Assembly (NCBI GenBank): GCA_965208125.1
Contig: OZ242320.1
Location: forward strand, 4,384,001 to 4,448,000
DNA: 64,000 nt
DNA from: Candidatus Latescibacterota bacterium
GTDB lineage: Bacteria > Latescibacterota > UBA2968
Direction of reading: 5' to 3'
Within the stretch, counting starts at the first letter, position 1. Each line of letters opens with the position of its first letter. Of this stretch, positions 57,506-64,000 are shown one piece after another. The translations under genes were made by a program, and so were the position numbers. Under the pieces are notes generated by a model, which was not told where the DNA came from, did not search any database, and saw nothing but the letters and a program-made list of their open reading frames with translations.

Positions 57506-58674
57506 GTTGTGGCACTGGATTCAAGTTGGAGGTTATGGAAATCGGAAAACTCCCGTGCAGCGCGGATGTGCTGCTGCGTCAGATCTGGAAAATCAGCTAA
57601 AAGTTCATCCTCAGTCATCCCTCCAGCCAGGTATTCCAATACGTCATATACGGTAATTCGGGTGCCTTTGAAGCATGGCTTACCACTACGGACAAAAGGT
57701 CGAGGCTCAATGTAGTCTTCAAAGCTCATTTTGCCATACTTCGCAACATCTCCCCTTAGACGATTCCTGTCTTTAGTCGATGCAACTTCACCGGATCCAT
57801 AGTTGCGTATTCTTCGGATGAAACCTGCGGTATTCGCAAGGTCAATCCACTTCTTCTCATTTGTGGCTACAACGTGGTCATTATCAGTTGAGTAGAGAAA
57901 GAAATCAATATCCCCGCTGTCATTTTTTTTGGGCAAAAGGCCTTCCGTCATCAGACGGATCAAATATTGCGTGTACATGTGGGTGTAGCACTCCATCTTG
58001 GAAATAGCAGCGGCAAGTTCATGTGCTCTCTGCTTGGAGAATAAACGGAGATCATTTTTGTCCGCTTTTGCAAAGGCACGCATCTGGCAGGCGGATATAA
58101 TCTGGGCACGCCACTCTTCTGACCGCATTCCGGCGAGGAATCTCTTCTTCTTCTCTCCTCGCAGTTTCGGCACAGATGAAGACCGCTTTTTTGGATCTTT
58201 GACGTACCACTTTTGAAATCCGGGGATATTCTCCTCCATCAGGAAGATGAGAGAATCTACCCATGCTTGCTCCCATTTCTCGCGCCAGGTCGCTACAAAT
58301 GGTACATTCAAGCTGCGGCGAACAAAAGCCTCGTAGTCCGGTACGCCTCTCCGAACCTTCTCAAGGCTTTGACCTTTAGCCAGAGCAAGGACAGCGTCGT
58401 AGTATGGGAGGGCTGGTTCCGCCAATTTGTAGCCAAATGCCTTAGTCAGATGCGATTCGGGGTCCGGAAGTTCGTCTATCCGGTGGTTGAGGATAACATT
58501 AGCCGCTGCCTTGCGATCTTCATAAGATCTGTCATTAAGTTTAGATACCAACTCGATGATTGAGATGGGAGAGTAGCAGAGGTGCTCTCCAGGTTGTCTG
58601 ACATCCTCAATGCGGATGCGATTCAGTCCTATGTCGTAAAGCACATTTGTCTCAAGAATCACTATCTTGGCCAT
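57502..58674 (-). CDS. PIN-like domain protein fused in frame to a C-terminal DUF433 domain
   Basis: N-terminal VILETNVLY, SIIEL, NDSGD..F, VATNEK; C-terminal RSGKPCFKGTRITVYDVLEYLAGGMT..ELLADFPDL. ATG 58674 after AAGGAG. Confidence 0.75.
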   Translation of the reverse strand: MAKIVILETNVLYDIGLNRIRIEDVRQPGEHLCYSPISIIELVSKLNDRSYEDRKAAANVILNHRIDELPDPESHLTKAFGYKLAEPALPYYDAVLALAKGQSLEKVRRGVPDYEAFVRRSLNVPFVATWREKWEQAWVDSLIFLMEENIPGFQKWYVKDPKKRSSSVPKLRGEKKKRFLAGMRSEEWRAQIISACQMRAFAKADKNDLRLFSKQRAHELAAAISKMECYTHMYTQYLIRLMTEGLLPKKNDSGDIDFFLYSTDNDHVVATNEKKWIDLANTAGFIRRIRNYGSGEVASTKDRNRLRGDVAKYGKMSFEDYIEPRPFVRSGKPCFKGTRITVYDVLEYLAGGMTEDELLADFPDLTQQHIRAAREFSDFHNLQLESSATT

Positions 58675-58864
58675 GTTGTGCTCCTTTTTGTTTTCCTTCA
58701 CGATGCAGGTTTTTGCGGGGAGATGTAGCACTTACCAAGCGATCGCGATCTTGTTTTTCAGCGGCTTTATAGCGGGCCACCAATTGGTTGAGATCGCCGC
58801 CGCACTCTTCCAAGAGTTTCTGCCCCGTCTGGTGAATTTCTTCAACAATGGGATCGCGTTTCAT
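58652..58864 (-). CDS. Small putative antitoxin (DPIVEEIH-type)
   Basis: MKRDPIVEEIH...L..CGGDL pattern of small partners of PIN toxins; GGAGGAG RBS. Confidence 0.65.
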   Translation of the reverse strand: MKRDPIVEEIHQTGQKLLEECGGDLNQLVARYKAAEKQDRDRLVSATSPRKNLHREGKQKGAQHGQDSDS

Positions 58865-58972
58865 AGCTCTCCTCCAGGCGTGTCTTGGAGTTTTCAGACG
58901 TAAATGATATGGGTAGATATGATGTAATTCTGGATTGATGTCTTTGAGCAGACGAATGGCTGCTCCATTACG
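58861..58972 (-). pseudogene. Frameshifted C-terminal remnant of a PIN-domain toxin gene
   Basis: Two frames read NGAAIRLLKDINPELH and ISTHIIYV*KLQDTPGGEL*. Final TGA overlaps the ATG of the small antitoxin. Confidence 0.5.
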
Positions 58973-58978
58973 CTCTCG

Positions 58979-60295
58979 TCAAGTAAGTTTAGCTTCCTCC
59001 ATCTGCTCCCACATCTCCTTCAATCCGTCTGCAATTCTATCCACAAACTTCTTCCTTTCTTTCTTTTTGGAGATTAGCTTCAAAGTCTTCCTGTTAGGTT
59101 CATTAAAGTTTAGATCCTCATCAGCATATTGCCACGAAGGAAACAACGGATCTAACCTACCATTTAGCGTGTTTTGTAGTTTATTGTATATGTCTAGGTA
59201 TTTATCTTTATCACATCGGACGCCAAAATAGATGTTATAACTACTGGCACTTCTATCTAATTCAACACCGAGATGAACTTGAGGTTTTATTTTACGATAT
59301 TGTGCCGGTCTTAGTTTAACTTGATAATATAGGAGGAGCTTCCCCTTCTTTCCTCTGACATATTTTTTAATCATTTTCTCCGAAATGTTTGAAAGCTCTT
59401 CATCTTTATTGGGAAAATTTCTGATTTGTTCCAAGGTGGATTCAATCTCGCACCAGAGTTTCCACAGCAATGAAATTTTTGTTCTGATCGCAGCTTCATT
59501 TAAATGGGCAAGACCAGGGTTGTCATCTTCGGAAATATTTTTAGTCAGATCATGGGCAAGAACAAAGTTATTATCTTCGGATAAAAGATCCTTTAGTTTG
59601 TTCCTGTCCTCATCTTGACACACATCAGCAGGAAATAGGGATGCGAATTCGAATAAAAGATCCTTTAGTTCCTTTCTGTACGCCTTATCGAAATCCGTAC
59701 CTGTCAATTTGAGAATGAGATGTATGTATTGTTTGATTGATTCGCTGAGTTCAGGTTCGTCATAGGCGTGCATCTGGCAACATTTCAACCAGGGGAGAAG
59801 ATCGTCTCTGTAGGAAATGGTTTGGTAAGACAGATCGCCGACACTACACTTAGAAGGATCACGTCCATCAGGCGTCAGGTACAGCAGATTTATGTCTCTG
59901 TCTCTATAACCCTCTTCCGTTAGTATGTCGTGGTATCTCTGAAGTTGCGCGGATTGATCCTTAGCATAGATCTTATTCTCAATAACGACTGCCTGTTTGG
60001 GGTTGGTGGCATCGTTGGAGATCAGGATGTCGATGTTTTTGTACTCTCGCCTGACTCTTGCACCGTCCAGTTTAAATTCTATCTCAATCTTCCGCAAGAA
60101 ATACTCCAAGTTCAAGTGCCTTTTATCAGGTGCCTGATGATCAAGCAGTGCGTGGAGAAAGCGGGAGTGGAGGTTCACTTCATCGCTTGCCTTACGCAGA
60201 ACAGTGAAGATGTTGAAAGGCTCTTTGCGTCCAGCTTCATGCATTTTGTAAATCCGAGCTGCCTGTTTCAACAATAAGCAATAATTGTCGATCAT
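58979..60295 (-). CDS. PD-(D/E)XK nuclease family protein (PDDEXK_4-like)
   Basis: FNIF..L...DEVNLHSRFL..LL, RE...IDILI, VVIENKIYAKDQ..QLQRY, YLTPDG; AT-rich. Confidence 0.88.
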   Translation of the reverse strand: MIDNYCLLLKQAARIYKMHEAGRKEPFNIFTVLRKASDEVNLHSRFLHALLDHQAPDKRHLNLEYFLRKIEIEFKLDGARVRREYKNIDILISNDATNPKQAVVIENKIYAKDQSAQLQRYHDILTEEGYRDRDINLLYLTPDGRDPSKCSVGDLSYQTISYRDDLLPWLKCCQMHAYDEPELSESIKQYIHLILKLTGTDFDKAYRKELKDLLFEFASLFPADVCQDEDRNKLKDLLSEDNNFVLAHDLTKNISEDDNPGLAHLNEAAIRTKISLLWKLWCEIESTLEQIRNFPNKDEELSNISEKMIKKYVRGKKGKLLLYYQVKLRPAQYRKIKPQVHLGVELDRSASSYNIYFGVRCDKDKYLDIYNKLQNTLNGRLDPLFPSWQYADEDLNFNEPNRKTLKLISKKKERKKFVDRIADGLKEMWEQMEEAKLT

Positions 60296-60404
60296 ACCAA
60301 AATCTCCGAGAGTTAAGAGGGAATAGGGGGTACGGAACTGCCCTTTTGCCGCACTTATGTTGCCAGGCTATGGTTAGCATATTGTGCCATGCTTCCCTGC
60401 ATGG

Positions 60405-63400
60405 TCATTCAGTGGGGATTATCACCAGATTTTTTTCCGTATCATTATACAATATATCAAGTTCTTGCTGAATCCCAATCGTGATCCCAATGGCTGTTAC
60501 CATTCGGCAGTAGATGCGGATATCGTTGAGATCAAGGCGGCGTTCTTTGCGGTCTTTTAGCCATTTGTCGCAGACTTGATAACCGCCGATGCGATATTCG
60601 TAAACGTCTGGAGAGATGGGGCCGAAATAGTGCGTTTTGTTGATATACATGCGGCACTCATCCGGGGCATAGTAAAAGCCCTGTGTTTTTGTCCGTGCGA
60701 CCATTGCGTCGCCTTCGCCCTCGAAGCGGCAGACAGGCGGATCGAGTTCTGGGGATGTGAGGAGATGAAGGTCGGATAGTCGTTTGCCGAGCGATGCTAC
60801 TTTGATAAACAAGGATTTGTCCGCTGTGAATGGGACGCGCGGGAAGTCGCTTCGCAAAAACTCTGCGTATTTCTCGCGGTAGGTCGGGGCATGGAGAATG
60901 GCGTAGATGTAATGGAAAATCGCCTCGGGCGATGGCTCGCTACCATGCGCGTTCTCCAGTGCTGCAAACAGATTCGGATTGAGGTTCGGTTGTCGCTCTG
61001 TTGGTTCGAGTTGCGCGAAGAGGTCATCGCGGTCAGCGGTGGGGTAGATGTAGAGAGGGAAGTTCACGTTTCCGCCACGATAAAACAGATTGAAGTCTTC
61101 TATTCTCTGTGAGCAGTAGATCAAATTCCATTCACCAGCACCGACAACATGCCCTTGGCGTCCAATACACAACGCGAGATTCTCTCCAGCCAGCATGTGT
61201 TGCATAACTTCAGGGCGAGGCATACATAAGAATCCGCGCGACCGTCCAGTATAATAGGTATGGCGCACGTCAAAGGGTCGGTAGAGGATCGGGACTGCGC
61301 TCTCACGGTTGGGACCAGACGAGAGCAAATCTTGTTGCGCCAGCGTCACTTTCCAGTCTCGTGCATCTTTGCCGAGTTCGTACGCCTGTCGCGCCAATTC
61401 CTCATCCATTTGCGAAAACGCACGTACGATGTCCCACGCTTCTTGCTCTGACCAGCGAATTGTCAGGCGGTCACGTGCGGTGACAATCCCGACACTGTTG
61501 ATTGGGAATATATCGGAAACAGAAGGGAACCGGCGATACTCGGCTTCGCGTGCGTCGTCGCGGGGGATGAACATATAGAATGGCGAGCGCGGGGTTATTT
61601 TTTGCCATTCTGTGCCGCCGAGGTCATGATCGTCCAAATAGTCATACTTGCTTTCGCGTGTGCCGTAGCGTTCGGCGTAATGTATTATTGCATCGCGCTT
61701 TTTCTTTTTGCCGCGCTTGACGAAAAAAGCGATTGCCACACCTTGACGGATATCGAAGACGTTTTTATCGGGGCTGCCGTCCGGAGCCGTCTCTTTTTTC
61801 AACGAATTGCCGTGCAGGTCGAGGATATAGATGTCGTCGAAGGTGTGCATCAGGCTTTGGCGCATGCCTCGAAAGGTGGGGTTGTCGAGGTAGCTGTGGT
61901 TGGTGATCATGCCAACGACGCCCCGCCCGGCTTGCTCAATTTTCCATTGGGCGAAACGGAGGAATTTGACGTAGTCGTCTTGAAGCCATTTCGGATTTTT
62001 CTCACCCAACGGCTCGCCATCTACCTGTTTGTACCCGCCGATCAATTCGCCTTCCACCATCTTGCCATCAATCAATTCTCGTATCCAAGTGCCGGTGTTG
62101 CTCGAATGCCCCGAGTAGGGTGGATTGCCCAGGATGAGGAGGATCGGGGTTTGCTTTTTGACAGCACCAGCCAGACGCGATTCCTCTGCCAGCGCGGAGA
62201 GGCCGGGCAAGCGGCTCTGTTCCAGTTCCTCTGTGTCGAGGGTGTTGGTGAGGTAGAAGGGCACGCGCTCGTTGTCGTCAAGGCGGTGGCCGAGTTCTTC
62301 GAGGAAAAAGCTCATTTTGAGATGGCCGACGGCATAAGGTGCCATCATCAGTTCAAGAGCATAGAAATTCTTGAGAATATGGGAGCGGATAAACTCCGTG
62401 CGCCCGCCGCTGCCGTATTTGGTCTCGAACTCTGCGACAGCTTGCTGGGCAGCTTGAGCCACAAAGGTCATGGTGCCGGCTGCGGGATCAAGCAAGGTGA
62501 CGCCATCGGAGGCGAGGCCATCGCGCTTGTCAAATTCCGTCTTGAGGAGACCGTGCAGGGATCGCACGATGTAGCCCACCACGGGTTCAGGCGTGTAATA
62601 AACGCCTCGTCGCTCACGCTCGTCAGGGTCGTATTGTGCCAGGAAGGTTTCGTAGAAATGCACGATGGGGTCGTTACCCTTGCCTTTGCGGTAGTAGCGT
62701 TCAAGAATACCGGGCGCGTCGGCCACGGCCAAAACTTCGGCGAGGTCATCTACGCACCAGGCGAGTTGATCGGGCAAGTCGTCGAGCGAGATGTAGCGGA
62801 ACAGGTCGCGCAAGACGCCGATGGTGTGCGGGATATTGTCGAATGCGATACGCCGATTGAAGCCATCGCCGGATCGGGTGCGTGCGGCGAACAGGCCGTA
62901 GGTGATGGTTTGTGCGAACAGATCAGCGAAATCGTCGGGTGTCAATGATCCGATGAGATAGGTCTGGAAGGCTTCAAAGAAACCAGCGATTCTGCTGTCC
63001 TGTTCATCGCGCAATTGCTCACCGATTACATCGCGGAGGAGGCGCGTGCGTTTTGCCAGTTCAACGGCGAGAGATTCAGCGGTAAACGTTTGGGGCAGCG
63101 CGAATTCCAGGAATCGGTTGAGGATAGTGTAGAGAGCATCTTGATTTTCGAGTGGTGGCGTTGTGCCCAGTTTATTGAGCACTATGGGACGGCCAGATAG
63201 GACGGTCTCGACGCGTTCACCATTTCGGTACAGGCGGAACTCGAGGAAGTTGGTGAGGATGAGATTTGGAAACGTGGCGCAATAGCGTTTGAGCTGTTCA
63301 GAATTTTCGATAATATCCAATCGTTCTTCGGTAGGTTTCTTGGCCTCTATATAACCGATGATGCGGTCTGTTCCATTCCAGAGTCGAAAATCGGGGTTGC

Positions 63401-63578
63401 CGCCTTCGGTGGGTCTGGGAAGAGTGGTGACGTGTACATGTGGCCTATCAGTCGCGTCAGCCATTTTCTTTAGCATATCTGCCAGTGCTGGGTAGAAGCT
63501 CTCCTCCCGTGCATCGCCTTGTTGGGCTACAGCGGTGAGATCTTTCAAATACGTTGAAAATATGGTTTTATTGTTCAT
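60405..63578 (-). CDS. Single-chain restriction-modification enzyme (nuclease + N6-adenine MTase + Type ISP-like target-recognition domain, no helicase)
   Basis: GNPDF..IGYIEAK nuclease motif, GVYYTP, LLDPAAGT, GNPPY, DDYVKF, YRPFD, DFPRVP, IGGYQV..KWLKDRK. Confidence 0.9.
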   Translation of the reverse strand: MNNKTIFSTYLKDLTAVAQQGDAREESFYPALADMLKKMADATDRPHVHVTTLPRPTEGGNPDFRLWNGTDRIIGYIEAKKPTEERLDIIENSEQLKRYCATFPNLILTNFLEFRLYRNGERVETVLSGRPIVLNKLGTTPPLENQDALYTILNRFLEFALPQTFTAESLAVELAKRTRLLRDVIGEQLRDEQDSRIAGFFEAFQTYLIGSLTPDDFADLFAQTITYGLFAARTRSGDGFNRRIAFDNIPHTIGVLRDLFRYISLDDLPDQLAWCVDDLAEVLAVADAPGILERYYRKGKGNDPIVHFYETFLAQYDPDERERRGVYYTPEPVVGYIVRSLHGLLKTEFDKRDGLASDGVTLLDPAAGTMTFVAQAAQQAVAEFETKYGSGGRTEFIRSHILKNFYALELMMAPYAVGHLKMSFFLEELGHRLDDNERVPFYLTNTLDTEELEQSRLPGLSALAEESRLAGAVKKQTPILLILGNPPYSGHSSNTGTWIRELIDGKMVEGELIGGYKQVDGEPLGEKNPKWLQDDYVKFLRFAQWKIEQAGRGVVGMITNHSYLDNPTFRGMRQSLMHTFDDIYILDLHGNSLKKETAPDGSPDKNVFDIRQGVAIAFFVKRGKKKKRDAIIHYAERYGTRESKYDYLDDHDLGGTEWQKITPRSPFYMFIPRDDAREAEYRRFPSVSDIFPINSVGIVTARDRLTIRWSEQEAWDIVRAFSQMDEELARQAYELGKDARDWKVTLAQQDLLSSGPNRESAVPILYRPFDVRHTYYTGRSRGFLCMPRPEVMQHMLAGENLALCIGRQGHVVGAGEWNLIYCSQRIEDFNLFYRGGNVNFPLYIYPTADRDDLFAQLEPTERQPNLNPNLFAALENAHGSEPSPEAIFHYIYAILHAPTYREKYAEFLRSDFPRVPFTADKSLFIKVASLGKRLSDLHLLTSPELDPPVCRFEGEGDAMVARTKTQGFYYAPDECRMYINKTHYFGPISPDVYEYRIGGYQVCDKWLKDRKERRLDLNDIRIYCRMVTAIGITIGIQQELDILYNDTEKNLVIIPTE

Positions 63579-63617
63579 AGAACTTGCTTTTGCTCTATCG
63601 ACGCGTTAAGTGCCTGG

Positions 63618-64000
63618 TTAGATATGTGATAGTCCAAGTCTTTGTTCCTCAACTGCCAACTCTGCTAAGGTTACTCTGGGATTCTTTAGAGCCATATCGA
63701 GAAACAAATCCGGGTTTTTCAGTATCAAAGACGCAAATGTCTTGCGGTCAATTCCCTTGTTTGAGAGACCCAAATCTTTTCGTACGGCAAGCACAAAGTC
63801 GCCCATCAAAAACATTGATTCGGCATTAGGCTCGCTGCTTTTTAAATGGCCCATCCATTTAATATAAGATCGGAGAACTTCCGATCCGCCCCACACTGTC
63901 ACTTTTCGATTCCACTCTTGAAAAAAGGAAACTAATCTGGAGTCATCCATATTGTTTTGGTTTTCAAATAGCTTGAAGAATTCCCCCAAGAACTCATCGT
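63618..64000 (-). CDS. Hypothetical protein, C-terminal part (5' end outside window)
   Basis: Frame open to window edge; helical, contains VRKDLG; AT-rich; co-oriented with the RM gene. Confidence 0.65.
   Translation of the reverse strand, partial: DEFLGEFFKLFENQNNMDDSRLVSFFQEWNRKVTVWGGSEVLRSYIKWMGHLKSSEPNAESMFLMGDFVLAVRKDLGLSNKGIDRKTFASLILKNPDLFLDMALKNPRVTLAELAVEEQRLGLSHI

Noticed and set aside
61602-62948. 448-aa antisense ORF within the RM gene
   Set aside because: Codon-register mirror of a GC3-rich gene; no recognisable domain.

Overview
Bacterial chromosomal window of about 50% GC, densely coding. The gene content (DUF6785/DUF6784 membrane protein, DUF3604, several Gfo/Idh/MocA and TIM-barrel isomerases, PhyH dioxygenase, efp-accB-accC-gcvH) suggests a Latescibacterota/Gemmatimonadota-like or related marine or sponge-associated lineage; this is inference only. 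1-28 kb is mostly housekeeping: mutY, rdgB, rph, a DnaC-like ATPase, smpB, mnmG, bioB, efp, accBC, gcvH, trpS, scpAB, rluB, cmk, plsC, rpsA, mtaB, mutS. 31-46 kb is a long minus-strand accessory run. Its core is a corrinoid methyl-transfer module (conserved hypothetical, MtaA/CmuA-type methyltransferase, corrinoid protein, RACo/ASKHA activator, stand-alone homocysteine methyltransferase) with no pterin-binding partner, embedded among sugar-catabolic genes. This is the best candidate for an undescribed system. 56.9-64 kb is a defence/toxin-antitoxin island (DUF433/DUF5615, PIN-DUF433 fusion, PD-(D/E)XK nuclease, single-chain restriction-modification enzyme). Reading the DNA directly also showed two small membrane ORFs missing from the ORF track, two gene remnants, a probable non-AUG start or read-through for the DnaC-like gene directly behind the smpB stop, and a 226-bp spacer built from several unrelated short-repeat families. 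I saw no rRNA, tRNA, CRISPR array, integrase or transposase. All family assignments come from motif recognition, not database searches.
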